Shown one piece after another: positions 30,259-46,838 of a DNA stretch of 64,000 bases (position 1 is the first letter of the stretch; each line of letters starts with the position of its first letter). The notes under the pieces were generated by a model that ran no database searches, was not told where the DNA came from, and saw nothing but the letters and a program-made list of their open reading frames with translations. Source of the DNA: Eledone cirrhosa (taxonomy: Eukaryota); NCBI GenBank assembly GCA_964016885.1, contig OZ024742.1:233492001-233556000 (forward strand), read 5' to 3'. Position numbers and translations under genes: made by a program.

Positions 30259-31400
30259 CAGATGATGCATGACATTCCCTGACATAGTAGATGGTTACGA
30301 TTCAGTCATGGTAGTGATTAACTTATGACAAAACTCAATATTTATACCCTAATATTGAGAACATGAGATACTATAATACAAACAATAGAGAGGGTGCGTG
30401 TAATAGAGCTTAAGAAATACATGGCATCAATATAACAGTTATAACATTTTTTATTTTTAAAAACTACTGGAGAAAGAGGAGGGAAAGGAAAGCATAGAGG
30501 AAGAAACAGCTGATGTGATAATATATTTAGTAGTTGGCTTGAAAAAACAGATGAAAGATGATTAAAGAGAGAGAGAGAGACAAAGGGGAGTAATTTATGT
30601 TCAAGTTTATATACAGATTTCCATGCAACACATGTCCAAATTAATTTTCAAAATATTTAATTTAAGTTAATTCAGAGTAGTGAATAATATTTTAGGTTTT
30701 AAAAGTTAATAGGTATTTGTATTAATATTATAATTATGTTTAATTTCTAAAATTCAAATTTTATGAAAACAAATTTAAAGGATTTACGAAACACGAGAAA
30801 GAATATATGCATACAATGCTTTTATATCTTCACGAAGGTAATCTTTATCAAAGTTATTTATAATATTGACAACAGTTTATATAATATAATTTATAAAATA
30901 ATTATAGTTATAATTATTAAAGAATTTATTGTTAAATAGTTTGAGTGCCTAAAGTATCAACCGGCCTTATAACTAAACTTAAAGAATTCCGAATTTTTAA
31001 TTATATATATATGTGTTGATCAAAAAATACAAAGATTATAGTTTATTATTTGTTTATAATTGAGGTGATACCTTTCAAATATATATAATATAATATAATA
31101 CAATAATGCAATAATGCAATATAGTAAATAAGTTACTGAAAATATTGTTCAAAAATATATATAGTTAAAAAATGTTGTTAAAAATATTGCTAAAGAATTA
31201 ATGTTTTATATCAATTATTTTCATTTAGTTGATATATACTATAAAGATATAAGTCAAATCTATATGGGTCCTAATGATAGGGGCTAGATACAAAATAAAT
31301 ATACAAATAAAAGAAAATGAATTGTTTGCGAAAGTTAAAGATGCCCAATATTAAAAATATATTATATTATACTATGTCAGGGTATGTCATGCATCATATT

Positions 31401-31465
31401 ATTTTATCTGATGAGGATGTACTGTTGAACTTAACTCAGTACCTCTGAAATATGTATAATAAAAT
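31401..31465 (+). ncRNA. Putative type I hammerhead ribozyme
   Basis: AUUUUAU-CUGAUGA-GGAuGUACUG..CAGUACcUCU-GAAA-UA(ug)UAUA-AUAAAAU: 7-bp stem I and AUA site. Confidence 0.8.
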
Positions 31466-31749
31466 ATAATTGATCACAAGAATATCTATTTTGTTAATAT
31501 TTTGAACTAATATTAATAACTCTGGAAAACCCTCGGTTGAGTGCTTCCAATCTATTGTAAAACTCATTCTTTGATGTATTCATTGAACCTTGTTTAACTT
31601 TTAAATATATATATATATATATATATATATGCATTATATAGAAATGGCTCTGGAACAGTTTCATACATTTGATATAAATATATCTATGCCATAGGAAATA
31701 TATATATATGTCTGTGTCTGTGTGTGTGTGAGTGTGTGTGTGTGTAATC

Positions 31750-31837
<88 letters not shown>

Positions 31838-31912
31838 CGAAGGAAATGTGGTAAGGAACCAGGTGCACCATAACGCAACCAAAGTACTCAATACTTAGGG
31901 TAGTAGAGTGGG

Positions 31913-32002
<90 letters not shown>

Positions 32003-32222
32003 TATTAAGGCTAAATAGTTAGCTTTAATTAAATGAATATTAAAACTAGTCCTCTCAGCCGGCAAACACATAAAGATATATATATATATATATATTATGT
32101 GTGTGTGTGTGTGTGTGTGTACATACGTATATATATAGTTAAAACAGTAAATAAAAACAATAACGAAGAGTGCGGTACAAAGTGTTAGTATTAGGTTCAG
32201 GCTTGAGAGTGGGGGTGGATAT

Positions 32223-32320
<98 letters not shown>

Positions 32321-32449
32321 ACAAGTTCTATTTAAATTGTTGGGATACAACAAGCAAATATTTTTATAACTGATATAAAGCACTCAACAAATATTTGGAG
32401 TAAAAATACGATATTAACAAATGGAAACTATAATTATAAAACCACATTT

Positions 32450-32512
32450 ATTTCATTATACATATTTCAAGGACACCAAGTTAAATTATGGTGTGCTTTC
32501 ATCAGATAAAAT
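32450..32512 (-). ncRNA. Putative type I hammerhead ribozyme
   Basis: AUUUUAU-CUGAUGA-AAGcACACCA..UGGUGUcCUU-GAAA-UAUGUAUA-AUGAAAU; lies in a repeat at ~32330-32600 related to 47040-47290. Confidence 0.78.
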
Positions 32513-32620
32513 ATAATATAGATCAGTTTTATAAATAAGTATTGACATACCCTTAAAAAAATGCAACCATTACTGTTGGAGGCTCCCGGATAGTGGAGTA
32601 TATATATAAATATATATATA

Positions 32621-32674
<54 letters not shown>

Positions 32675-32711
32675 AGTATGTGTGTAAATTTCGTTTTCAT
32701 TTTTTTTCAAC

Positions 32712-32748
<37 letters not shown>

Positions 32749-33188
32749 ATATACTTCCTGATATACATATATATATATATACAGTACATATATATATATT
32801 ATATATATATTATATATATATATATATAACGAAGGAAATGTGGTAAGGAACCATATGGACCATAACGCAACAAAGTACTCAATACTTAGGGTAGTAGAGT
32901 GGGTAATAGGAACGAGTAGGACCCCGACGGCTGAGCTCAAGCCGTTTCGACGGCTAATTCTGGACTCCAGAATTAGCCGTCGAAACGGCTTGAGCTCAGT
33001 TGTCTGGGTCCTACTCGTTCCTATATATATATATATTCTCTTTTACTCTTTTACCTGTTTCAGCCATCCGGCTGTGGCCATGCTGGGGCACCGCCCTTGT
33101 TGCTACACATTTTATCTCCAGCCTGTATAGGTTGGCCATATATATATATATATATACAGTATATATATATATATATTATATATATACA

Positions 33189-33240
<52 letters not shown>

Positions 33241-33292
33241 TATATATATAATATATATATATACTGTATATATATATATATATATATATATA

Positions 33293-33329
<37 letters not shown>

Positions 33330-33337
33330 GAAGTAAC

Positions 33338-33389
<52 letters not shown>

Positions 33390-33390
33390 A

Positions 33391-34034
<644 letters not shown>

Positions 34035-34088
34035 GTACACACACACACATATATATATTTATATATATATATATATATACGTACACAA

Positions 34089-34191
<103 letters not shown>

Positions 34192-34269
34192 ATATTTATA
34201 TTTATATCTATGTACATTTTATCTATGATATTATATATATATAAATATCTTTTTTTTTTATATCAATAT

Positions 34270-34334
<65 letters not shown>

Positions 34335-34496
34335 TGCGTGTGCGTATCTGCATGTTTTTCCTGTAATATGTTTTTAGAATAATTTTCTTAATATGTTGTA
34401 CACATATGTGTTCTTTATACGACGGCAAGTTGAAAGTCGAACTCCCGAGTGTTTAGAAATATAGTCTACACTAGACTCGTTGCTATATATGATATT

Positions 34497-34682
34497 ATAA
34501 TTGTTTCTACTTTTGGCACAAGGCCAGCAATCAACCAGTGCATTACTGGTACTTTATTTTATCGACCCCGTAAGGAGAGAAAGGCAAAGTTAACCTCGGC
34601 GGGATTTGAACTCAGAATGGCAAGGGTCGTACTCTATGCGTCAAAGCATGGCGTCCGACCCTCTACCGATACTGCCAATCCA
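34497..34682 (-). mobile_element. tRNA-derived SINE copy
   Basis: Same unit as the 3343-4915 cluster. Confidence 0.87.
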
Positions 34683-35701
34683 TGATATTATAATGTCTAT
34701 TTGACGCAAGTCTCTTCATATGTATATATGATTTACTCCATATATTGAATATATCACCGTATATATGGATAATATATTGGCGTATACGTATGTATACGAA
34801 ACAGAATAACCACAACGAGGACAAAAACATAACATAGGGACGATTAGAAAACAATAGCCGTCACGTCGGCCACCAACTGTAGGCTGTTTGCGCACACATA
34901 CATACACACTGTCACACACACACATTCACACAAACGTATATATTCATTTAGTGTAACATAATTAATTGTAATATATTACACAAGGCAGCAATTAAGCAAT
35001 TGGATTATATGTTTTTCCCCAAACTACCAAAACACACGTTATTTTTATCGCATATCGAAGTTTTCATACAAACCTACATACATACATTTAGACTGACTCA
35101 AAGCATTACTGGTGGAGGTTAAAAATAAAACCCGGTTTGATATTGTTATTTAGGGCCACAGATTCAAACATGCTTTATTGTAGAACTCAGCATCCCACAC
35201 AATGCCAATACAGTAAGAGAGAGACAAGTGAAGGGGGATATCTACGGTCCATTAATAAGGAGTTTGCTGATCGAATACCCAAATTGAACGTTTAATTTCA
35301 TATCTATTATTGTAGGAGTTAAACGATATATACCAACCCACCTGAACAAGAGTCTTACTGCACTTGTCGTACTTAATCTATAGATCTATAAAATACAAAA
35401 GACCAGGCTATCTGGAACGTTCAAAATCTGTAAAACATTCTTACGAATCAAAGGGTAAATAGTTGCATAATGGACGGCGGAAATTTCTTTTTCTTCATAA
35501 CTTTGCTGCCGGGAAGGTGGCCAGCGAAAAGTAAAATCAAAATTAAGATATACATACATAAATACATTCATACATGCATACATACATACGTGCATATATA
35601 CATGTATGCATATATGCATACATACATACATACATACATACATACATACATACATACATACATACATACATACATACATACATACATACATACATACATA
35701 C

Positions 35702-37167
35702 AAACAAAACAGTGGCTCACAATGTGTTTGCTGTGCCTGTCCTAACACCAACGTTTGGAATACTCAATTGGACGATAGACGAAATCCGAGCAGTTGATGT
35801 TGGAACTCGAAAAATACTAAGCAACACCGGAAACTTCCACATCAACAGTGACATAGACCGCCTTTACTTGAAACGTAAGCAGAGAGGCAGAGGCCTAACA
35901 TCAGTCCAGACAACATTTGAATGTCACATCATATCTCTCCGACAACATCTACGAACCTCGAAGCGTAGGAGCCCGCTTCTCGAGCAAGTCTATCTGCATG
36001 AAACAGATAAGATCATGAGAGTTGGGAAGGAACTCCTCGAGAGATATTCCCTATGTGATAATCAAAACTCACACCCAGGGATGTCGCTCAGCAGTATCGC
36101 AGTGAATCCATGTATGAAAAACTGCATACTTATCAGCAAAAAATCATGCATAGATATGTTGCCAGGAAGCTCCAGAGTGAGAGTAATATAGATAAGGAAA
36201 GTAGTCTATCTTGGACCAACAACCGCTATATTGGCTCCCACTTTCAAGGATGCGCTTTTGCAATCCAAGAACAGGAGATTAACACGAAATACCTGATTCA
36301 CAAAAGGGATAGGGATGCAGGCAAAACACCTAGATGTGATAACAAGTGCAGACTCTGCAGAACTAACATCGAGGATATCACCCATGTCATCAGCAGCTGT
36401 CCAAAGATGTCATCACGGTACTATTTACCTATGAGGCATGATGTATTGGCCAAAACACTGTAAAATGCAGTTCGTAAAAAAGATAGCCCCGATAATAAAC
36501 ACATTAAGAGCTACAGCAATGTGGAAGACATCCATGTACATAATATGAAAGAGTACTGGTGGAATGTTCCAGTAAAACCCCAATAAAATGCAGGCATAAC
36601 AGACCAGATATTATGATATGGGACAGGGAGAAGAAAGCATGCGCAGTAGTGGAAATTAGCAGCCCAGCAGATGCTAATATAATATCAAAGATTAGCGAAA
36701 AGGAGAATATTTATGGAGAACTGATGAGAAATCTGCAGATACTCATCCCTGATTACACCTTCAGATTTATGCCTGTGATTATTGGGGCACTGGGATATGT
36801 TAGTAACTGCTTCAATACAAATCTTGAGAAGCTAGGCTTCACAGGAACAGAAAGAACACAACTAGTTAGGAAATTACAAGTACAATCCATTAATAGAACA
36901 GTAAAAATATGTAAAACATTCCAAAAATGTTGCATCTAATAACTGCATATACACATGTACAGATACAAAGCATATACACATGCACAGATACAACTCAAAA
37001 CATACACATACACACATACAATAACATCCATATCTACACATGCATGCATACATACATATCTACCTAGTTGATGTTGTGTAAATTCCAATGAGAGAGTCTT
37101 GTGTCTATGTTAGAAACAGACTCTCTCGCTATTGGGAAAAATTTGTGAAATTATAAAACCAGAAGAA
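35702..37167 (+). mobile_element. 5'-truncated R4/Dong-like non-LTR retrotransposon (restriction-like endonuclease) inserted in (CATA)n
   Basis: Thumb region (DIDRLYLKRKQRGRGL), AIQEQEINT, CCHC knuckle CRLC..EDITHVISSC, RHD, endonuclease RPDIMIWD..VVEIS..EKENIY, PVIIGALG; (CATA)n on both sides. Confidence 0.92.
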
Positions 37168-37277
37168 CATGCATACATACATATAAACATACATACATAC
37201 AAACATACATACATACATACATACATACATACATACATACATACATACATACATACATACATACATACATACATACA

Positions 37278-37889
37278 TGGTGGTGGCTGCCAACTCGTTT
37301 TCGAGTACGGCCACTACTTTATATCCATGTAGGAGAACTCCTACCGATACGCTGAACAAGTGTGACTTTTTAGTCCAGCCAGCGACTTGAAAACTCTGGT
37401 ACAAACACTACACTTGTGACAATTATTGACACATAGTGTTGGGCCCATGGTACCATGTGACGACAAGTGCAGAGAGATCTCCAGATATAAAGCAATGCCT
37501 GTGCCGTGAAGCTTTTATAGTGAGTAAAGGCACTGCACAAAGCCAGTCCCACTCTCTTAACCAAGATGATATTTACCAAAAAGAAGAACAAGTCAACATC
37601 ATTGGATACCATCAGGGTTGCAGGTGTTATATCAGAGTTTTCCTTCTCCTAGAATTCTGCCTTCACAAAGGCTAAGGGGTCATCTCTCCCGGTGATTTTG
37701 GATGGCCATTGACTCTTAAGAGCTCCTTTGCCCTTTGACAGGTTTTGTTTTTAGTCCCGCAGGATGTCCAAAGTCACCCTCCTCACCAAGAAACCTTGGT
37801 GGGGTTGCCAGTTTAGTCGCCAACGACCCGACCATGAGACAGGTTGTACTGGGATACATGTTACCAGTAGCACCAACTGGTGACCTGAC
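37278..37889 (-). mobile_element. ~600-bp RTE-derived bipartite non-autonomous element in (CATA)n; also ~37972-38315, 59430-59985, 60679-61268
   Basis: Multi-copy. 5' part resembles the head at 63355 onward; 3' part has a C2H2 remnant (CSVCTRV..KSLAGLKSH), an ACTC-gaaaac-GAGT hairpin and an (ATGT)n tail like the RTE end at 61880. Confidence 0.75.
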
Positions 37890-38392
37890 ATACATACATA
37901 CATACATACATACATACATACATACATACATACATACATACATACATACATACATACATACATACATACGCGATGGCTCTAACTAGATTTCGAGTAATGC
38001 CATCGCTTTATACTTAAGCATGAGCATCACGGACATGTCTTTTTAGTCCTGCTAGGGACTTGCCTATGGCCAGCAATACGAGGCATCGCAAAAAATGTCA
38101 CATATCAAGCGATGCCTGTGCTTGAAGCTTTTTTTTAATGAGGAAAGGCTTTGCACGGGGCCAATCCCACTCTCTGAACATCAGATGTATTTGCCCCAAA
38201 AGTAGAAATGGTCTACATCATTGGATGCAAACGAAATCACAGGTTTTATATCAGAGTGACCCTCTAGAGAGATGTTATAATAAAGATTAGAAGTCTTTCA
38301 CTCCCCGCTAAAAACATACATACATACATACATACATACATACATACATACATACATACATACATACATACATACATACATGCATACATACA

Positions 38393-38423
<31 letters not shown>

Positions 38424-39027
38424 GGGCGTACATATATTTCAGAATTTATTGTAAGATGGAAACTGTCTGAATGGTTTATCCATCTCTCACAATGATTTAT
38501 CAAAAGGTTCCCCAAAAATTTGAATCAATACACACTGTAAGAGTTCTGTGTCTTGTTTCTCTGCATTTGCGCACACTGGTCCCAATGGGAATAGTTTCCT
38601 GAAATTAAAACATAGACTTAACCGATTAACACTTAGTTGTGTCCGCAACATGAAACATTAATTAACTTATATATATATCAAATTAAAAATACGAGGAAAT
38701 AATAGACAAAAATATATCTATTTTTTCTTCAAAGTCCCGACTGCAGTTTCGCCGAATACGTTTGCAATAATATGCACTTTAGAAGTGCATCATCGCTGTG
38801 AGGTTGATAAGGCTTATCAAGAGACCCCTCAAAAAGGACTGTTTCTTGACGCGTTCGTAACAAGTGAGAAATTCTCGAGAGGCAAGGGAGAAATTAAAAC
38901 GTGATACAGTGGCCACAGAAGGGTAGGGAAGGTGGACAATAAGCGAGTACCGTATTTGCTAGAAAAATGCAGTTAGTACATGCCAGGTTAACCCAACCAT
39001 AAGCGTTACTGCCAATCCACCGCCATA

Positions 39028-39219
39028 TAATAATTGTTTCTACTTTAGGCACAAGGCCAGCAATTACCCAGTGCATTACTGGTACATTATTTTATCGACC
39101 CCGTAAGGATGAAAGGCAAAGTTAACCTCGGCGGGATTTGAACTCAGATCGTAAAGGGACGTAACTATGCTGGAAAGCATGGTGTCCGACCCTCTACCGA
39201 TACTGCCAATCCACCGCCA
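39028..39219 (-). mobile_element. Full-length tRNA-derived SINE copy
   Basis: GGCGGTGGATTGGCAGTATCGG..GAGTTCAAATCC..AGTAGAAACAATTATTA on the minus strand. Confidence 0.9.
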
Positions 39220-39594
39220 TATAATAATGATATACACACACATATTAATATGTATATGTGTGTGTGGTGTCCACCTTAACAAGTTTTGCTCGATGACCGA
39301 AGGAGTTAAAATAATCAAAAGAATTAAAATCACTTAATAATTAGAGCTATTTATCAAATTAAAAATACAGGCCCCCATCGCTTACTAATGACCATGATTT
39401 TGCACATAGAATGTTACCCACGAGACATAAGCCTGGGCAAGACCAGCAGTCGCCCATGCATACCAGTCTCCCCTCTCCACGCCACCAAGGTTGTCCAAGG
39501 AAAAGGTAATGGCCGATACAGCTTGGCACCAGTTGTCCCAATAGTTGGATAGTTAGATATTTAGAGAGATAGAGAAAGAGAGTGAGTGAGAAAG

Positions 39595-39637
<43 letters not shown>

Positions 39638-39648
39638 AAGAGAGAGAA

Positions 39649-39717
<69 letters not shown>

Positions 39718-39849
39718 TAGATGGGGTGTTGAATGAAAATCACATCTTGCTTATACGTTCCATATTTCTATATTTCGGGATTGAATGCCCTTCTTAACAC
39801 CATCCACTTGATATGGAAGCAATTTACTGTGGCAGCAGCACTAGAGTGG

Positions 39850-39926
<77 letters not shown>

Positions 39927-40027
39927 ACACAAACTAACACACAAATATATACACATTCACACACACTCGCACACACACATACATATATGCACACATATAA
40001 ATATATACATATTATGTGTGTGTGTGT

Positions 40028-40200
40028 GTTGGCATAGTGGTTAGGATGTTGAACATACGGTCATAATAGGTTGGTTCGACTCCTGGCTCAGCTTGTGTGC
40101 TGAGTTCTTGAGCAAAACATTTCATTTTACATTGCTCCATTTGAAAATGAGTACTAGCTGTGTACTAGCTGTAGTTTGTGTTTAGAGCCGCAATGGAATG
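40028..40200 (+). mobile_element. Second tRNA-derived SINE family, degenerate
   Basis: A box TGGCATAGTGG, B box GGTTCGACTCC, then CTTGAGCAAAACATTTCATTTTACATTGCTCC. Confidence 0.6.
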
Positions 40201-40476
40201 GAGTTTCAATGAAGAGGAGTTTTTTACCCTCATTTGATTAATGTTAATGAATCCGGGAAAAGAACAGGTCAACTAACAATACCACTAACATTCCATATTA
40301 CTATTATATTTATAACTATTATCATCAACTATAATAATAGCAAATGTGTGTTTATTTATATATTTATCAGTAACACACAGAAAGGGAAAGACACATGTAT
40401 AAAAGCACACACACACATCTACACATACATATTCATAACCAGACACATTAGACAAAATAATTATTACATACACATA

Positions 40477-41637
40477 GGGCGGTGGATTGGCAGTATCGGT
40501 AGAGGGTCGGACGCCATGCTTTTCAGCATAGAGTTACGGCCCTTTACTGCCTGGGTTCAAATCCCGCCGAGGTTAACTTTGCCTTTCATCCTTACGGGGT
40601 CGATAAAATAAAGTACCAGTAATGCACTGGGATAATTGCTGGCCTTGTGCCAAAAGTAGAAACAAATGATTACATACACACACATCTACACATACATATT
40701 CATAAATAGACACATTAGACAAAACAATGATTACATACACACACACATCTATGTGATGAATGAGGAAGGAAGAGGGCGGTGACAAACAGTGACCAGCGTT
40801 CTAAAGTTAGTTACACTTGTGTGAGTATATGTGTATTGAAGCATAGAGTTACGGCCCTTTACGGTCTGAGTTCAAATCCCGCCGATGTTAACTTTGCCTT
40901 TCATCCTTACGGGGTCGATAAAATAAAGTACCAGTAATGCACTGGGATAATTGCTGGCCTTGTACCAAACGTAGAAACAATTATTCTGAGGTGTTTGTGT
41001 GTTTATATCACTTGTGTGTGTATGTGTGTGTAAGTACATGCGTGTTTGTGTGAATATATTTATACTTGTGTAAGTGCATGTCTTTATATTTATATACTCA
41101 GACATATAAATGTATAGATATGCACACCAAGATATCATCTTGATTTGCATATGTTAGTTACGGATAATTTTTCCACAAAAAAGGCCTGTATTAAACTAAA
41201 ACCATTGGTATTGTATTCTTTTTATACAAAATACAACAATTACCCGTCATTATAGACGACACGGGGTCAGCTAGTTATTAAATAATTATAGATACTCATA
41301 TATTTCTATTGGTAGCAGATCCAGCGGTACCTTCAAACGTATGTTTGGCTTTCATATATAAATTACACACACATAGGAACGATAGAGCATCATATTGGAG
41401 AGGAAAGTGGGCAAAGTAGATATGTGTAGCATTATTTATATAGAGTAGGGCGGTGGATTGGCAGTATCGGTGGAGGGTCGGACGCCATGCTTTCCAGCAT
41501 AGTTAAATCCCTTTACGATCTGAGTTCAAATCCCGCCGAGGTTGACTTTGCCTTTCATCCTTACGGGGTCGATAAAATAAAGTACCAGTAATGCACTGGG
41601 AAATTGCTGGCCTTGTGCTTAAGGTAGAAACAATTAT
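40477..41637 (+). mobile_element. Three SINE copies (40477-40665, ~40839-40985, 41449-41637)
   Basis: Same unit as the 3343-4915 cluster. Confidence 0.88.
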
Positions 41638-41722
41638 TTATATAGAGACGAGGATGTTTATAAATATATATATTCACAAACGACCATATAATCTATCTAT
41701 CACTAGATATATATAGTCTCTC

Positions 41723-41763
<41 letters not shown>

Positions 41764-42011
41764 TTAACTGTTGGTCAATCAATGATAAACATTGATTGCC
41801 AGCTAAATTAACCATAGAGATATAAAATATACAGAAGCAAAACCAATCCAACCCAAACAGTGAGTGTGTTTTATTATTATTTCTGGCAATATTATAAACA
41901 TATGACCCTGCCCAAATATAACAATATTTGTTTTAACACACGATTTCATATGAAAACCCTTGCAAAACAAATGCATCGCCATACATATATATATGTGGGG
42001 GTGGGGGTGGG

Positions 42012-42380
42012 GGTATTAGGATTGGTGCTCTGAAATAGCGATGTATACGTGAATGTATGTATGGTAGTTTTGACAATATACTGTATGCTTAATTAAAAAC
42101 ATTTAGAAGATCATGCGCTATCAATTTTAAAGTGACTATGTCACTTACTTCTTTTCGGGGAAAGAAGGGAGAGAAGCTGACAGTCTGTTTCACGCTGGTT
42201 CATCACAGCCACGCACTCCCCTGCTTCTACCGAAAATTATAGAAGCTGGATTCTTATAAAATTCCTGTAATAATCAGGAGCTGATTATACAGAACGATTG
42301 CCGGTTCAGAAAAAATTAGGTATTAGGATTGGTGCTCTGAAATAGCGATGTATACACGAATGTATGTGTGGTATATTTGG

Positions 42381-42461
<81 letters not shown>

Positions 42462-43391
42462 GCTCGTGTGTTCCTGTCTAAGTCTGCGTGTCTTTATGTA
42501 TTTATATTCAACTTTTGGTCACTCGTGTGTGTTTGTGTGTAGGTATTGTTGTTGCATGTGTGTATTTTATATTCTATCTTAGATCACTAGTGTGTGTTTG
42601 TGTATTGTTGTTATTATTCCATTCATGTTTTCTGTTCAGTCTAAGTTTTCTTAATTCTATTTCTGTAGCCTCCCTAATTTGTCTAATTGTCGAGTCGTTC
42701 CTATGTTTAGATATCATTTAACTTCCATGTTATCTAATTTACCATCATGTCTTAGTCTGGAGTGTCCATTGTACTGAATTGTCTTTTTGCCCTTTTAGTT
42801 CACTCTAGTATTCATCTATTCTCTCTCCTATGCTATGGGCTGTCTCTCCTATGTATACTGTTGCCATGTTTCTGTAGGCACCATCTGTAAATCTTATGCT
42901 TTAGACTACATTTCTAGTTTTACAATTTATTTGTGGACTTACTCTACATATTACACATTTCTTATTTGTACAGCGGGCTTTCTTGAAGAGGTAAGTTTTA
43001 CAGGTCAGGGATTTTATGGTAGTTCCTGGCTTTTTTACCACTTTAATATTTAAGTAGGTTTTTCTTGGGGCCATTCTAAATTGGCTAGCAAGTTCAGCTT
43101 CAGGGGATGCATCCACGGACATGACACTCTGGTATCTCTGGTTGTTGAACCATGAAGTGGCTTTCCCTAGTCCTATCTATGCGATTCCATGATTTGCTCC
43201 TGTACAGCGGGAAAATCCTTTTCATGTCCATCTCTATGATGGTCTTGTATTTCACCGTGGCCCCTTGTACACACTGATTCTGTCTCTTTAGTTGTAGCCA
43301 GAGAACTCCATGCGATAGATGAAGTGTTGTACGTGTCTTTCTAGTTCAATTGGATTGCACATGCGGGACACATGTATGTCCCGCATGTGCA
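42012..43391 (-). mobile_element. Penelope-like element (Neptune-like) 3' relic: Cys linker, GIY-YIG endonuclease and pseudo-LTR
   Basis: Minus strand CTNKKCVIC..NCKTRNVV..VYIGETAHSIGERI..RQIREATEI..LNRKHEW (~42615-43120). Downstream ~70-bp direct repeat (42012-42080 / 42319-42387) encloses a degenerate hammerhead at 42176-42209. A palindrome at 43356-43391 lies on the 5' side. Confidence 0.85.
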
Positions 43392-43585
43392 TACTAAGTC
43401 TGCAATCAGGATATTAAACTTAACGCTATTGGACATCGCTGATTTTTTGTGTATTAGGTATTTGGAGGCCATGGGTTTAGCATAATATGAGTGGAGGATT
43501 TGGGCTTTTTCATATATAGTATGTAACTAGAGATCAGTGTCTAATACTTGTAGTCTATTGTTAGGGTGTTTGGTAAGTAGTCACC

Positions 43586-43640
<55 letters not shown>

Positions 43641-43848
43641 CTCCTTCATTACGTTTCGATCAAGGTTCGATCTGTATCGATCTAGCCCGACTCTGGAATC
43701 AAAAGCTCGTCGGACCTCTGTGGTAGTAATGATAGAATGTATTATTATATTACACTCTGTCTTGCTCTACACCTCGATACTGACGTGAACCTAAACATCG
43801 AGTGCTCTCCCGGGTGAACCTACAGTAACTCCGCGTTACACTCCCTGG

Positions 43849-43927
<79 letters not shown>

Positions 43928-44874
43928 TGTGTGTATATTCAAACTTTGCTCACCGTGGTCAAAGCAATACGCTTGCTTTGATATATATGTGTGCATATAT
44001 ATATGTGTATATATATATATGTGTATATATATATATATATATGTGTATATATATGAGACAACAAACAGAGGTACAAAAAGTATTATTTTGACTTTTGTAG
44101 CCTTCAGTGGATTTTAAAAGTGATGCCAACATCATTTAGGCAATATTAATGGAATATTTTCCATATCATACAGATGAATTAGCGCTCACGGCGGCATTGG
44201 AGAGTGGAGACTTTTTCTAGTTGACCCCAATAGTCAAGGCTTACAGTCTATTTTCTTGTAATTGACTTCTCGGATCCGTCAATTTTCATAATACTTTGTT
44301 TTGTGTGAGGAGACCACAGTAGATAAGAATATTCAATGTGGGGTTGGGCAAAAGTAGGTTAGAGTACGGGGATTGTGTGAATTTTTCTAGACCAAAAAGT
44401 TCTAAGAATCCAGGAACCCATCCTGCGGTCAAGTCAGCAATATCAAGATTGCTGAAAACAAGGTTTTAGCACCATCATGGAAGGTGTAATTGTCTATATA
44501 CGTATATATATATATATATAACGAAGGAAGTGTGGTAAGGAACGAGTCGGACCATAACGCACCAGAGTACTCGATACTATGGGTAGTAGAGTGTGTAATA
44601 GGAAAATAGTCAGGACCCTACGGCTGAACTCCGGCCGTTTCGACAGGTATTTCTGAACGGTTCAGAAATAGCTGTCGAAACGGCTGGAGCTCAGCCGTTG
44701 GATGGACCTGGTATTCTTTTCGCCCTGCCTGCTCCTTCAATCTTTCTAATTTCTAATTCTTTCTTCCGAAAAGTTAGCATCCGAAACGTTAAGACCCTCT
44801 TCAATTCAAGCGTTAGACTAATATATTCCTTTCATATACTGTCCCGATTGTGTTGTTATTTTTGTTTACCTTTT

Positions 44875-44982
<108 letters not shown>

Positions 44983-45047
44983 ATATATATGATGATTTCC
45001 TCCGAATGAATCAGTTCTAGTCCTGTAGAAGCCATTTCTATATTAAA

Positions 45048-45298
<251 letters not shown>

Positions 45299-45299
45299 T

Positions 45300-45384
<85 letters not shown>

Positions 45385-45437
45385 TTTAATATAGAAATGG
45401 CTTCTACAGGACTAGAACTGATTCATTCGGAGGAAAT

Positions 45438-45498
<61 letters not shown>

Positions 45499-45930
45499 AA
45501 CCGGTAAGGCCCCGACGGCTGAGCTCAAGCCGTTTCGACGGCTAATTCTGGACTCGTCCAGAATTAGCCGTCGAAACGGCTTGAGCTCAGCCGTCGGGGT
45601 CTTACCGGTTCCTATTACCCACTCTACTACCCTAAGTATTGAGTACTTTGGTGCGTTATGGTCCACCTGGTTCCTTACCACATTTCCTTCGTTATATATA
45701 TATATAGATATATATATATATATAAGTTTTAATATAGATGAGATTCTACAGGACTAGAACTGTTTCATTCTTTAGAAAGAATGAAACAGTTCTAGTCCTG
45801 TAGAATCTCATCTATATTAAAACTTTTATACTCTGCAATGTATTGAGTACCTTACTTACTGTGGTTACCTCCGACTCAACCCGGAATAACGTATATATAT
45901 ATATATAGATATATAGATATATAGATATAA

Positions 45931-46043
<113 letters not shown>

Positions 46044-46203
46044 CATATATATATACATATATATAAATCGGGATGAATGAAGTAAAAAACAGTTAGACCG
46101 TTACTCACCAGAGTACTTGATACTTGGGGTAGTAGAGTGGGTAATATGAAGAATTCCGGACCCCGACGGATGAGCTCCTGTCGTTTCAACAGCTATATAT
46201 ATG

Positions 46204-46284
<81 letters not shown>

Positions 46285-46298
46285 TTTCTCTGTTAATG

Positions 46299-46416
<118 letters not shown>

Positions 46417-46433
46417 TTTCTCTGTTAATGTAT

Positions 46434-46476
<43 letters not shown>

Positions 46477-46499
46477 AAACATATATATTATATATATAT

Positions 46500-46539
<40 letters not shown>

Positions 46540-46544
46540 AAACA

Positions 46545-46613
<69 letters not shown>

Positions 46614-46630
46614 ATACATTAACAGAGAAA

Positions 46631-46700
<70 letters not shown>

Positions 46701-46760
46701 TATATATATATATGTGTGTGTGTGTGTATTTATATATATATATATTATATCATACACACA

Positions 46761-46834
<74 letters not shown>

Positions 46835-46838
<4 letters not shown>

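Larger units (their letters stand above)
30151..31600. mobile_element. Penelope-like element relic bounded by inverted hammerhead-bearing arms (~30151-30289 / ~31371-31508)
   Basis: ~140-bp inverted arms around a ~1.1-kb AT-rich spacer; possible GIY-YIG remnant IYRFPCNTC near 30610; flanked by (TA)n. Confidence 0.7.
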
